Shown here one piece after another: positions 28,892-39,147 of a DNA stretch of 64,000 bases. The notes under the pieces are model-generated. The model saw only the letters and a list, made by a program, of their open reading frames with translations, searched no databases and was not told where the DNA came from. The stretch is from contig CAMDOA010000005.1 of assembly GCA_945903305.1 (NCBI GenBank), forward strand, positions 494 to 64,493. The letters are read 5' to 3'. The translations under genes and the position numbers were made by a program. The DNA comes from Chitinophaga pinensis (GTDB taxonomy: Bacteria > Bacteroidota > Bacteroidia > Chitinophagales > UBA10324). The stretch's first letter is position 1. Every line of letters begins with the position of its first letter.

Positions 28892-30097
28892 ATGAGCAAA
28901 CAGGATCACATTAAACATTCAGCCGACTCTTTAGAAAAAGAGACCATCACCCTCAATATCGGACCAACTCATCCAGCCACTCATGGCGTGTTTCAGAACA
29001 TTGTTGAGATAGATGGAGAACGAATTGTCAGCGGCGATTCAACCATTGGATACATACACCGCGCGTTCGAAAAAATTGCCGAACACCGTCCGTTTTATCA
29101 GGTAACACCTTTAACCGACAGATTAAATTATTGCAGCTCTCCAATTAATAATATGGGCTGGCACATGACCGTTGAAAAATTGCTCGGTGTACAAGTACCA
29201 AAGCGCGCACAATACCTGCGAGTAATCATTATGGAACTTGCCCGCATTGCCGATCACATAGTATGCAACAGTGTAATTGGAGTCGATACCGGCGCACTCA
29301 CCGGCTTCACCTATGTGTTTCAATGGCGCGAAAAAATTTATGAAATATGGGAAGAAGTTTGCGGCGCCCGACTCACCACTAACATTGGAAGAGTGGGCGG
29401 TATGGAGCGCGACTTCAACGAAATTGCATTTAAAAAACTCGAAGAGTTTCTGCGCGATTTTCCAAAAGGATGGAAGGAGTTTGAAAATTTATTGGTGCGC
29501 AATAGAATATTTATGGACAGAACGCAAACGGTTCCCACTACTCCTGAATTTGCATTGCAATATGGTTTCACCGGCCCAAACCTGCGCGCAACAGGCGTTG
29601 ATTACGATGTGCGTGTTATGAGTCCTTACAGTAGCTACGAAGATTTTGAATTCAACATACCGGTAGGAACTAAGGGAGATACTTACGACCGCTTCATGGT
29701 TCGCAACCAGGAAATATGGGAGAGTTTAAAAATCATTCGTCAGGCATTGGATAAATTACCAGCCGGACCTTATCATGCTGATGCACCACAGTTTTATCTT
29801 CCTCCAAAAGCAGAGGTGTATAATAACATGGAAGCGCTCATCTACCACTTCAAAATTGTAATGGGTGAAATTGATGCACCAAAAGGAGAGGTGTATCATT
29901 CAGTTGAAGGTGGTAACGGTGAACTTGGATTTTATTTAATCAGCGATGGTGGTCGCGCAGCTTATCGCTTGCATTTCCGTCGTCCGTGTTTTATTTATTA
30001 CCAGGCATTTACTGAAATGGTAAAAGGTTGCTTGCTGTCCGATGCTATTGTTGCCATGAGTAGTATGAACATTATTGCCGGTGAATTGGACGCATAA
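28892..30097 (+). CDS. nuoD: NADH-quinone oxidoreductase subunit D
   Basis: NIGPTHPATHGV, GYIHRAFEK, DRLNY, GELDA C-terminus. Confidence 0.97.
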   Translation: MSKQDHIKHSADSLEKETITLNIGPTHPATHGVFQNIVEIDGERIVSGDSTIGYIHRAFEKIAEHRPFYQVTPLTDRLNYCSSPINNMGWHMTVEKLLGVQVPKRAQYLRVIIMELARIADHIVCNSVIGVDTGALTGFTYVFQWREKIYEIWEEVCGARLTTNIGRVGGMERDFNEIAFKKLEEFLRDFPKGWKEFENLLVRNRIFMDRTQTVPTTPEFALQYGFTGPNLRATGVDYDVRVMSPYSSYEDFEFNIPVGTKGDTYDRFMVRNQEIWESLKIIRQALDKLPAGPYHADAPQFYLPPKAEVYNNMEALIYHFKIVMGEIDAPKGEVYHSVEGGNGELGFYLISDGGRAAYRLHFRRPCFIYYQAFTEMVKGCLLSDAIVAMSSMNIIAGELDA

Positions 30098-30169
30098 TTT
30101 TGATTTGATAATGAAGTTCGACAGAGAAAGTTTTTTCAATTTTTAATATTTAATTTTTGATTTAATAAA

Positions 30170-30697
30170 ATGCTTGCCGTAAAAACTAACAAACCATTTA
30201 ATCCTTCCGAAGAAATTCAGAATCAGATTCGTGGTGTAATGGATCAATATCCCGAAGGAAAAAGCAAATCTGCTTTGCTGCCGGTATTACACATTGTGCA
30301 AAATGAAAATGCAGGATGGTTGAGCGTGGAAGCAATGGATAAGGTTGCGGAGCTGATGAACCTGCGCCCGATTGAAGTTTATGAAGTGGCAACATTTTAT
30401 TCTATGTATAATCTCAAACCCGTTGGAAAATTTCTGTTGGAAGTATGCCACACAGGTCCATGTGCCATTATGAAAGGAGAGTGGTTGATTGATTATCTGA
30501 AAAGGAAATTGAAAATAAGTATTGGTGAAACAACTTCTGATGGATTGTTCACTTTAAAAACTGTTGAGTGCCTCGGCGCTTGCGGTTATGCTCCTATGAT
30601 GCAAATCGGAGAATATTATTACGAGCATTTAAACTCAGAAGAAAAAGTTGACAAATTGTTGGAGGATTTTAGAATGAAAGGATTTAACAGGAACTGA
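30170..30697 (+). CDS. nuoE: NADH-quinone oxidoreductase subunit E
   Basis: SALLPVLH, VATFYSMY, VCHTGPC, ECLGACGYAP. Confidence 0.96.
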   Translation: MLAVKTNKPFNPSEEIQNQIRGVMDQYPEGKSKSALLPVLHIVQNENAGWLSVEAMDKVAELMNLRPIEVYEVATFYSMYNLKPVGKFLLEVCHTGPCAIMKGEWLIDYLKRKLKISIGETTSDGLFTLKTVECLGACGYAPMMQIGEYYYEHLNSEEKVDKLLEDFRMKGFNRN

Positions 30698-30698
30698 T

Positions 30699-32057
30699 AT
30701 GGCAAAGAAAATTTTACTCGAACACATTGATAAACCCGGAATAAAATCTTACGAAGTATATCGGCAGCAAGGCGGATACAATTCTGTTGAGAAAGCTTTG
30801 CGCGAAATGAAACCCGCCGATATTGTGGAAGAAGTAAAGAAGAGTGGATTGCGTGGTCGTGGTGGCGCAGGATTTCCAACCGGAATGAAGTGGAGTTTCA
30901 TTGACAAAAAATCCGGCAACCTTCGCTACCTCGTTTGCAATGCCGACGAAAGCGAACCCGGAACTTTCAAAGATAGATTTTTAATGGAGTTCATTCCTCA
31001 CCTGTTGATTGAAGGAATGATTACATCAAGCATCGCGCTCGAAAGCAATCTCGGATTCATTTATATCCGCGGCGAATTCCGTTGGATAAAAACAATTCTT
31101 GAAAATGCCATTGCCGAAGCACGCGCAGCCGGCTGGCTCGGACATAACATTCTTGGAACAGGATATAGTTTGGAACTTGTCGTGCACCCCGGAGCAGGCG
31201 CTTACATCTGCGGCGAAGAAACTGCGCTGCTCGAATCCCTCGAAGGCAAAAGAGGATTGCCAAGAATCAAACCTCCCTTCCCTGCCGTGAAAGGTTTGTA
31301 TGGAAATCCAACAGTGGTGAATAATGTGGAAACCATTGCAGCCGTTCCGTGGATAATAAATAATGGCGGCGATGCTTACGCAAAAATCGGAATCGGTCGC
31401 AGCACTGGAACAAAATTGATTTCTGCTTGCGGAAACATCAACAAGCCTGGTGTGTATGAAATTGAATTAGGATTACAGGTTGATGAATTTTTAAACTCTG
31501 ATGAATATTGCGGAGGAGTGTTGGATGGAAAAATGTTGAAGGCAGTTGTGGCAGGTGGTTCATCTGTTCCTATTCTTCCTGCCGAGTTATTTTTCAAAAC
31601 AAAAAAAGGCGAACCGCGCCTCATGAGTTACGAATCACTCAGCGATGGCGGTTTCGAAAGCGGCACCATGCTCGGCTCCGGAGGTTTCATAGTTTATGAT
31701 GAAGACCAGTGTATTGTTCGCAACACATGGAACTTTACACGCTTTTATCATCACGAAAGTTGCGGTCAATGTAGTCCGTGCCGTGAAGGAACCGGCTGGA
31801 TGGAAAAAGTCCTGCACAATCTCGAAAGCGGTCACGGCAAACTCAGCGATGTTGATTTACTCTGGGACATTCAGAAAAAAATTGACGGCAACACCATCTG
31901 TCCCCTCGGCGATGCAGCCGCATGGCCCGTTGCAAGCGCCATCCGTCATTTCCGCGAAGAATTCGAGTGGCATGTTGAACATCCGCACGATGCACAAAAA
32001 AGAAATTACGGTTTGTTAAAATCAACAAAGGAATATTTTGTTGCCTCAGCAATTTGA
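30699..32057 (+). CDS. nuoF: NADH-quinone oxidoreductase subunit F
   Basis: GLRGRGGAGFPTGMKW, NADESEPGTFKD, GAGAYICGEET, ESCGQCSPCREG. Confidence 0.98.
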   Translation: MAKKILLEHIDKPGIKSYEVYRQQGGYNSVEKALREMKPADIVEEVKKSGLRGRGGAGFPTGMKWSFIDKKSGNLRYLVCNADESEPGTFKDRFLMEFIPHLLIEGMITSSIALESNLGFIYIRGEFRWIKTILENAIAEARAAGWLGHNILGTGYSLELVVHPGAGAYICGEETALLESLEGKRGLPRIKPPFPAVKGLYGNPTVVNNVETIAAVPWIINNGGDAYAKIGIGRSTGTKLISACGNINKPGVYEIELGLQVDEFLNSDEYCGGVLDGKMLKAVVAGGSSVPILPAELFFKTKKGEPRLMSYESLSDGGFESGTMLGSGGFIVYDEDQCIVRNTWNFTRFYHHESCGQCSPCREGTGWMEKVLHNLESGHGKLSDVDLLWDIQKKIDGNTICPLGDAAAWPVASAIRHFREEFEWHVEHPHDAQKRNYGLLKSTKEYFVASAI

Positions 32058-32071
32058 AATAAAAATTAGAA

Positions 32072-33046
32072 ATGAAAGTTACAATTGACAACATAGAAAT
32101 TGAAGTTGAGGCAGGTACCACAATCATGAACGCCGCACGCAAAGTCGGCGGCGAAATCGTTCCACCTGCAATGTGCTACTACACATCGCTAAAAGGAAGC
32201 GGCGGAAAATGCAGAGCCTGTCTCGTAAAAGTTTCTCAGGGCTCCACTGCCGACCCGCGACCAATGCCAAAATTGGTTGCAAGTTGCTGCACCACTGTGC
32301 AGGAAGGAATGGTAGTGCAAAACATCACCTCACCCGAAGTATTAGAAACAAGAAAAGGAATTGTAGAATTTCTCCTCATCAATCATCCGCTCGATTGCCC
32401 CATCTGCGACCAGGCAGGCGAATGTGATTTACAGAATTTTGCTTTCGACCACGGTCGTCAGAAAACACGATATGATTTTGAGCGCCGCACTTTCGATGTC
32501 ATAAATATTGGCGAGGATATAAAGTTGCACATGACCCGTTGCATACTTTGTTATCGCTGCACAATGGTGGCCGACCAACTAACCGACGGACGCGAGCACG
32601 GCATTCTATGGCGCGGCGATAAATCTGAAATCAGCACCTACATACAAAAAGCAGTGGAAAATGATTTTAGCGGAAACATGATTGATGTGTGCCCGGTTGG
32701 TGCTCTTACTGATAAACATTTTCGTTTCCGCAATCGTGTTTGGTTTTTAAATCCGATGGATGCGCATCGCGATTGCAAGAAGTGTTCAGGCAAAGTAGTG
32801 TTGTGGATGCGCGGCGAAGAAATTTATCGCGTGACCGGAAGGAAGGACCAGCATGCTGAGCTAAAAGAATTCATATGCAACGATTGCCGCTTCGAAAATT
32901 ACGATACAAAGAACTGGACCATTGAAGGACCGCGCGAAATTGAAAATGAAAGCGTGATAAATTCTAATCACTATGAAGAAGGAACAAAGGCATTACCCAA
33001 AGAACTTTTTTCGAAATTGAACAATGAGAAATGGGGGGATTTTTAA
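32072..33046 (+). CDS. nuoG: NADH-quinone oxidoreductase subunit G, short form (Fe-S domains only, 324 aa)
   Basis: CRACLV, HPLDCPICDQAGECDLQ, CILCYRC, DVCPVGAL; ends without the large C-terminal domain. Confidence 0.92.
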   Translation: MKVTIDNIEIEVEAGTTIMNAARKVGGEIVPPAMCYYTSLKGSGGKCRACLVKVSQGSTADPRPMPKLVASCCTTVQEGMVVQNITSPEVLETRKGIVEFLLINHPLDCPICDQAGECDLQNFAFDHGRQKTRYDFERRTFDVINIGEDIKLHMTRCILCYRCTMVADQLTDGREHGILWRGDKSEISTYIQKAVENDFSGNMIDVCPVGALTDKHFRFRNRVWFLNPMDAHRDCKKCSGKVVLWMRGEEIYRVTGRKDQHAELKEFICNDCRFENYDTKNWTIEGPREIENESVINSNHYEEGTKALPKELFSKLNNEKWGDF

Positions 33047-33061
33047 ACTGAAATTAACTAA

Positions 33062-34123
33062 ATGGAAACAATCATAAATTTTCTTCCATCGATTATAATC
33101 ATCGTAATAATGTTCGCGGTGACTTTGCTTATTGCATTGTATTCGACTTACGGCGAACGAAAAGTTGCGGCATTTCTGCAAGACAGAATCGGGCCAAATC
33201 GCGCCGGCCCGTGGGGATTGTTACAACCATTTGCTGATGGAGTGAAAATGTTTACCAAGGAAGAAATCATTCCGGTTGCTTCTAATAAATTTTTGTTCGT
33301 ACTCGGTCCAAGCATCGCAATGGTTTGTTGCCTGATGACCGGAGTAGTGTTGCCATGGGGAGCAGAATTAACTTTGTTCGGTCGAACATTTTATTTGCAG
33401 GCAGTTGATTTAAATGTTGGTGTGTTGTATGTTTTTGCAGTTGTATCTGTTTCGGTTTACGGAATTATGATTGGTGGCTGGGCATCAAACAACAAGTGGT
33501 CGCTGATGGGAGCCATTCGTGGATCATCGCAAATTATCAGTTACGAATTGTCAATGGGCTTATCAATCATCGCACTGGTGTTAATGACCGGAACATTAAG
33601 TTTTCGTGACATAGTTGAACAACAACACGGAGGAATTATGCATTGGAATTTTTTAATGCAGCCGTTGAGTTTTCTCATCTTTTTAATTTGTGCTTTTGCT
33701 GAATGCAATCGTTCACCATTTGATTTACCTGAATGTGAAACTGAATTGGTTGGAGGTTTTCATACCGAATATTCATCAATGAAACTTGGCTTCTATCTTT
33801 TCTCAGAGTACATCAACATGTTTATTTCGTCTGCAGTTATCGCCGCTTTATTTTTTGGCGGATTTAATTTCCCCGGAATGGATTGGCTGCTCGAGACCAC
33901 TCAATCACAAAACATAGTTACACTGGTTGGTGTGGGGGCCTACTTCTTAAAAATTTTCTTCTTCATCTTTTTCTTCATGTGGGTTCGCTGGACAATTCCA
34001 AGATTCCGATATGACCAGTTAATGAATTTAGGATGGAAAGGATTAATTCCATTAGCATTGATTAACCTTGCAGTAATGGCTGTAATTGAAATGTTAAAAC
34101 ATCAACACGCTTTTGGATTTTAG
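33062..34123 (+). CDS. nuoH: NADH-quinone oxidoreductase subunit H
   Basis: ERKVAAFLQDRIGPNRAGPWGLLQPFADGVK, NRSPFDLPECETELVGGFHTEYS, PRFRYDQLM. Confidence 0.98.
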   Translation: METIINFLPSIIIIVIMFAVTLLIALYSTYGERKVAAFLQDRIGPNRAGPWGLLQPFADGVKMFTKEEIIPVASNKFLFVLGPSIAMVCCLMTGVVLPWGAELTLFGRTFYLQAVDLNVGVLYVFAVVSVSVYGIMIGGWASNNKWSLMGAIRGSSQIISYELSMGLSIIALVLMTGTLSFRDIVEQQHGGIMHWNFLMQPLSFLIFLICAFAECNRSPFDLPECETELVGGFHTEYSSMKLGFYLFSEYINMFISSAVIAALFFGGFNFPGMDWLLETTQSQNIVTLVGVGAYFLKIFFFIFFFMWVRWTIPRFRYDQLMNLGWKGLIPLALINLAVMAVIEMLKHQHAFGF

Positions 34124-34165
34124 AACCTAACAACTAATCACTAACAACGAACAACTAACAACTAA
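34124..34165 (+). repeat. Heptamer tandem repeat (consensus CAACTAA, 6 units)
   Basis: AACCTAA CAACTAA TCACTAA CAACGAA CAACTAA CAACTAA fills most of the nuoH-nuoI spacer. Confidence 0.85.
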
Positions 34166-34171
34166 TAAAGA

Positions 34172-34720
34172 ATGCAAACATCATTCACCAATAGAAAACA
34201 GGTACTGGAACAAAAGGAGATGAACATTTGGGAACGGATGTACTTACCAGCTATTGTAAAAGGAATGGCAATAACAATCAGTCACTTTTTTCGCAAACCG
34301 GCAACCATCAGGTGGCCTGAACAGAAACGAACAGTTAGTGAAGCATATCGCGGATTGCATATTTTAAAGCGTGATGAAATTGGCGCGGAGCGTTGTACTG
34401 CCTGTGGGTTGTGTGCACTTGCTTGCCCTGCCGAAGCAATTACTATGGAAGCTGCTGAAAGAAAGCCTGGAGAAGAAAGTTTGTATCGTGAAGAAAAATA
34501 TGCTAGCAAGTACGAGATAAATATGTTGCGCTGCATCTTCTGTGGTTTCTGCGAAGAAGCCTGTCCAAAAGCAGCCATTTACCTCGAAGAAGATTTTGCA
34601 GTAGCAAATTACACACGCGATACTTTCATTTACGGAAAGGATAGATTGGTTGAAAAACCAAAACAAGGAACAAAAGCTTTCGAAATTGTGAAAGTGGGAA
34701 GAGAAAGAGAATTGAGTTAA
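34172..34720 (+). CDS. nuoI: NADH-quinone oxidoreductase subunit I
   Basis: Two ferredoxin motifs, CTACGLCALACP and CIFCGFCEEACP. Confidence 0.97.
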   Translation: MQTSFTNRKQVLEQKEMNIWERMYLPAIVKGMAITISHFFRKPATIRWPEQKRTVSEAYRGLHILKRDEIGAERCTACGLCALACPAEAITMEAAERKPGEESLYREEKYASKYEINMLRCIFCGFCEEACPKAAIYLEEDFAVANYTRDTFIYGKDRLVEKPKQGTKAFEIVKVGRERELS

Positions 34721-34794
34721 TTCTTTTTGGCAAATGAAACTCCATCATCAAATCATAAATGAATCAATAATCTAAAATCTCAACTCTAAAACAA

Positions 34795-35298
34795 ATGTTG
34801 TCTTCTCTCTTTTACTTCCTCGCATTTGTCTCCATCTTTTTCGCATTTATGGTGGTTGTAAGTAAAAATCCTGTGCATAGTGTATTGTATCTTATTCTGA
34901 CTTTCTTCACAGTTGCAGGTCATTACCTTTTATTGAATGCGCAATTTCTAGCACTTGTACATATTGTTGTTTATGCAGGAGCTATAATGGTTTTATTTCT
35001 TTTCGTAATTATGTTGTTAAACCTTAATGCGGAAAAAGAGCCAATTAATACCAACTTAATGAAATTCGCTGGTGCAATTGCCGGAGGAAGTTTAATGCTG
35101 GTATTAATTGCAGTATTTTCAAAAATAAATACCTTAGAACCTGCACATGCTGCAAATACACAAATCGGTTTGATAAAAAATTTGGGTATGGTTTTATATA
35201 CAGAGTACATTTTACCGTTTGAGATCGCGTCAATTTTATTTTTAGTCTCAATGATTGGGGCAGTGATATTGGCAAAAAAAAATCCACATACTTCTTAA
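34795..35298 (+). CDS. nuoJ: NADH-quinone oxidoreductase subunit J
   Basis: [35 protein letters not shown]. Confidence 0.96.
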   Translation: MLSSLFYFLAFVSIFFAFMVVVSKNPVHSVLYLILTFFTVAGHYLLLNAQFLALVHIVVYAGAIMVLFLFVIMLLNLNAEKEPINTNLMKFAGAIAGGSLMLVLIAVFSKINTLEPAHAANTQIGLIKNLGMVLYTEYILPFEIASILFLVSMIGAVILAKKNPHTS

Positions 35299-35315
35299 AT
35301 ATAAAAGTTTTCAAA

Positions 35316-35636
35316 ATGAATAATATATTTTCCACTGTTCCAATTCAGCACTATATAATTCTTTCAGCTGTTTTATTCTCAATTGGTGTAATAGGTGTAC
35401 TTACACGCCGGAATGCAATTATCATTTTTATGTCAGTTGAAATCATGCTCAACTCTGTAAATCTTTTGCTTGCTGCTTTCTCTACTTATCATAACGATGC
35501 AGCCGGACAAATTTTTGTTTTCTTCATTATGGCAGTTGCCGCAGCTGAAGTGGCTGTGGGTCTTGCAATTATTGTGATGATTTATCGAAACATTAATACC
35601 GTTGATATTAATGATTTGAATAGGTTAAAAGGATAG
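35316..35636 (+). CDS. nuoK: NADH-quinone oxidoreductase subunit K
   Basis: [31 protein letters not shown]. Confidence 0.97.
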   Translation: MNNIFSTVPIQHYIILSAVLFSIGVIGVLTRRNAIIIFMSVEIMLNSVNLLLAAFSTYHNDAAGQIFVFFIMAVAAAEVAVGLAIIVMIYRNINTVDINDLNRLKG

Positions 35637-35769
35637 GAAATTAGAATAAGAATAGTTACAATCTTTAAGTCCGAATTTAATAAGCGGGTTTTTTATTCCG
35701 TACTACAAGAAATTGATTTTATATAATACTCTTCACCCAAAATTATATTTACCAATCAATAGAATTAAC

Positions 35770-36537
35770 ATGAATACCAATAAAGAAATTATAAAAGTTC
35801 AGAATTTATTTAAACAATACGGAGTTTTCACTGCTGTTAACAGAATCAGTTTTAATGTTTATGAAGGCGAAATTTTTGGATTGCTCGGACCGAATGGAGC
35901 AGGCAAAACCACTACTCTGGAAATCATTGAAACATTGCGTAATAAATCAGGCGGTGAGGTTTGGGTGGATGGAATGTCAGTTGACGATGAACCGAACGAA
36001 ATAAAAAAAATAATTGGAGTTCAATTACAAGCTGCAGGATATTATCCGAGTTTAAATCTCACAGAACTGTTATCACTTTTCAGCGGACTATATAATGTTG
36101 ACATTGATATAATGAAATCATTGAAATCAGTTGGATTGGAAGACAAAGCAAAAGCAAAGTTTAAAGAACTGAGCGGCGGACAAAAACAACGATTCAGTAT
36201 TGCGACCACGCTAATCAACAATCCCAAAATTGTTTTCCTTGATGAACCAACAACTGGATTGGACCCTCAGGCAAGAAGAAATTTGTGGGATTTAATTCGT
36301 GGCATTCGTGATGACGGAACTACCGTTGTTATAACTACCCACTACATGGATGAAGCAGAACAACTATGCGACAGAGTTGGAATAATGGAAGCAGGAAAAA
36401 TTATGACACTCAATACGCCTGATTCGTTGATTGATGAATTACTTGCCACTGGCTTTACCAAACAAAAAGTTTTTAAGGGTGCAAACCTCGAAGATGTTTT
36501 TATCAATCTCACAGGACACGAATGGCGAGATGAGTAA
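35770..36537 (+). CDS. ABC-2 type transporter ATP-binding protein
   Basis: GPNGAGKTT, LSGGQKQR, VFLDEPTTGLDP, TTHYMDEAE; ATG at 35770 preferred. Confidence 0.95.
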   Translation: MNTNKEIIKVQNLFKQYGVFTAVNRISFNVYEGEIFGLLGPNGAGKTTTLEIIETLRNKSGGEVWVDGMSVDDEPNEIKKIIGVQLQAAGYYPSLNLTELLSLFSGLYNVDIDIMKSLKSVGLEDKAKAKFKELSGGQKQRFSIATTLINNPKIVFLDEPTTGLDPQARRNLWDLIRGIRDDGTTVVITTHYMDEAEQLCDRVGIMEAGKIMTLNTPDSLIDELLATGFTKQKVFKGANLEDVFINLTGHEWRDE

Positions 36538-36541
36538 CGCG

Positions 36542-36585
36542 CTTCGATAAACTAAGGGTGACATGTCAGTCTGAGCTTGTCGAAG
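36542..36585. repeat. REP-like imperfect palindrome (CTTCGACAAGCTCAG-type)
   Basis: CTTCGATAAACTAAGGGTGAC-AT-GTCAGTCTGAGCTTGTCGAAG; arms match at 16/21, central TGACATGTCA is a perfect palindrome. Confidence 0.65.
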
Positions 36586-36629
36586 GATGATGATTTGATA
36601 ATGAATTTAATTTTTTAGAAAGTAATAAA

Positions 36630-37718
36630 ATGAAAAAATATTCTCAGCTGCGGGCGATGCTTGCAATAGCAAAAGCAAGTTTCAGAAGCTCTACACGAAG
36701 CCCAAGTGCAGTAGTGTTCACACTTTTATTCCCACTTATTTTTATTCTCGTTTTTGGATTTATAAGTAACAGCGGTGGTGTTCGGCTGCATGTGGCAATT
36801 GATGATAACAGCGATACAACCAACGCAATCTTTCAGGAAATAAGATTCAATCAGGCTATTCAACTTTATGCTGACAGTGATTCTGAAATAATTCGTTCGC
36901 TGCGAAAAGGCGATCTGGATGCAATTGTTCATATTGAAAAGATGGATTCAGGTTTTGAAGTAAATGTGGTAACTTCTGATATATCAGTTCAAAACGGAAT
37001 CCTGTTTAAGGGAATGGTTAAACAAATTATAAGCGAATTGAATTTGCGTGCAATGCCCGATTTTAATTTGCCTTTTAATATGATTGAACAACCTGTTATT
37101 CATGGTCGCGAATACAAAACAATTGATTTCATTCTTCCCGGTCAGTTAGGCTTTTCATTGCTGAGTACAGGAGTTTTCGGTACTGCATTTGTGTTTTTAA
37201 ATCTCCGACAAACACTTGTTATAAAACGATTTTTCGCCACACCAATCAAGCGACCATACATTGTTTTAGGGGAGGCCTTGAGCCGAATAGTTTTCGGACT
37301 AATAGGTGCAGCATTTATTCTAGCACTCGGCCATTTTGCTTTTGGTTTTACAATGATTCATGGCATTATAACCTTTCTAACAATGATGTTGCTATGTGCG
37401 ATTGGCTTAATCATCTTTATGGGATTCGGTTTTGTCGTTAGTGGTTTAGCGAAAAATGAAAGTGCTGTTCCGCCATTGGCAAATCTGATTACACTACCTC
37501 AATTTCTATTATCAGGAACATTTTTTTCCATCACTAATTTCCCTGATTGGCTGCAACCTTTTTGCAGAGTTTTACCACTCACTTTTTTAAATGATGCCAT
37601 GCGAAAAGTTTCGTTCGAAGGCGCTGGTTTTATCGATATCTGGAAAGACCTTGGTGCTTTGGGAATTTGGGGAGTGATAGTTTATGCACTCGCAACTAAA
37701 TTATTTAGATGGGAATAA
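36630..37718 (+). CDS. ABC-2 type transporter permease
   Basis: [40 protein letters not shown]...LPLT, LFRWE. Confidence 0.92.
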   Translation: MKKYSQLRAMLAIAKASFRSSTRSPSAVVFTLLFPLIFILVFGFISNSGGVRLHVAIDDNSDTTNAIFQEIRFNQAIQLYADSDSEIIRSLRKGDLDAIVHIEKMDSGFEVNVVTSDISVQNGILFKGMVKQIISELNLRAMPDFNLPFNMIEQPVIHGREYKTIDFILPGQLGFSLLSTGVFGTAFVFLNLRQTLVIKRFFATPIKRPYIVLGEALSRIVFGLIGAAFILALGHFAFGFTMIHGIITFLTMMLLCAIGLIIFMGFGFVVSGLAKNESAVPPLANLITLPQFLLSGTFFSITNFPDWLQPFCRVLPLTFLNDAMRKVSFEGAGFIDIWKDLGALGIWGVIVYALATKLFRWE

Positions 37719-38639
37719 AAATGAAATATTCCTTTTCATACCTGTTAATTTTGTTCGCTTGATTGGGGAATCTTTAAACAGTTTATTAAAAACTTCAGTT
37801 GTCATTTCAATCCATTCTCTTGATGATAAATTTAATTTTTCCTGAGTTGAATTAAACTGCGGTTCACTGTGTGGTTTCAAAAACCGATTCCACGGACAAA
37901 CATCCTGACACACATCGCAACCAAAAGCCCACCCATCCATTTTGTTTTTAAACTCCAACGGAATTTCTTCTTTCAGTTCAATGGTTAAATATGAAATGCA
38001 CTTGCTTCCTTCTATAACTTTATCAGGAAGAATGGCTTCTGTTGGGCACGCATCAATGCATTTTGTACAAGTGCCGCAATAATCTTTTGTCATTGCCGAA
38101 TCATAACTCAGTTCAATATCAAGAATTAATTCGGCCAGAAAAAAATAAGATCCCGCATTTTTATTTATTAGCATTCCGTTTTTTCCAATCCAACCCAAAC
38201 CGGATTTCTGAGCCCAAGTTCGTTCCAGCACCGGCGCCGAATCAACAAATGCTCTGCCGTTTACTTCGCCAATGTTTTCCTTGATGAAAGCAAGAAGCAT
38301 TTTTAATTTTTCCTTAATAATAAAATGATAGTCATTACCAAAAGCATACTTCGAAATTTTGGGAATATCAGTTTGCTGAATTTCTTCAGGATAATAATTC
38401 AGCATCAGTGAGATTACCGATTTTGCATCCGGAACTAATTTTCTTGGGTCAACTCTTTTATCAAACCAGTTCTCCATGTAGTGCATTTTTCCATGCATGC
38501 CTTGTTGCAACCATTTCTCTAATCGTTGTGCATCATCATTTAAAAATTCTGCTTTTGCAATTCCACAAAAATCAAAACCCAAGCGCGCTGCTTCGGTTTT
38601 AAGTTGCTGAGTGTAGTTTGCAATTGCAAGTTTTTCCAT
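37701..38639 (-). CDS. queG: Epoxyqueuosine reductase
   Basis: [50 protein letters not shown]. Overlaps the permease 3' end by 18 nt. Confidence 0.96.
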   Translation of the reverse strand: MEKLAIANYTQQLKTEAARLGFDFCGIAKAEFLNDDAQRLEKWLQQGMHGKMHYMENWFDKRVDPRKLVPDAKSVISLMLNYYPEEIQQTDIPKISKYAFGNDYHFIIKEKLKMLLAFIKENIGEVNGRAFVDSAPVLERTWAQKSGLGWIGKNGMLINKNAGSYFFLAELILDIELSYDSAMTKDYCGTCTKCIDACPTEAILPDKVIEGSKCISYLTIELKEEIPLEFKNKMDGWAFGCDVCQDVCPWNRFLKPHSEPQFNSTQEKLNLSSREWIEMTTEVFNKLFKDSPIKRTKLTGMKRNISFLFPSK

Positions 38640-38750
38640 GAGTGGTCAAAAATAATTGCATCCAGATGAAAACACTTTTAATAATCAGGTGAAAATAATT
38701 TTCATCGAACAATAAAAATTCATCAATACTTTTATAAAAAATTTAATCAA

Positions 38751-39116
38751 ATGAAAAGAAATACAATTTCAATTATTACAGTTTATTGCTTTGCAATTGT
38801 CATTATGTTCGCCTGCAACAGTTCAAACACAACAGATGTTAAAACCACTCCCGAAATGGAAGAATTCATGAATTCATTGGATGGTAAATACGAATCAGTT
38901 ACAGCAGCCATTCAAAAATTTGCAAAAACTTCCGACTTAAATACCGCTGATATGGACATGAAGGATTTGCGTGAACCCATCATTATTTCGGCGCATGTAA
39001 ATGATTCAACTACCTGCTACCTTATAAAAACCAACGACGGAGCAAAAGATTGTCAGTACGAATTATGCTGGAACAATGGAAAAATAATTGGCATTGCCGA
39101 TAAAACTCCACTGTAA
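38751..39116 (+). CDS. Hypothetical lipoprotein
   Basis: Basic N-terminus, hydrophobic stretch and MFAC lipobox; no recognisable domain. Confidence 0.7.
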   Translation: MKRNTISIITVYCFAIVIMFACNSSNTTDVKTTPEMEEFMNSLDGKYESVTAAIQKFAKTSDLNTADMDMKDLREPIIISAHVNDSTTCYLIKTNDGAKDCQYELCWNNGKIIGIADKTPL

Positions 39117-39147
39117 ATATTAAATCAGCGGATTACTTTATTTTCAA

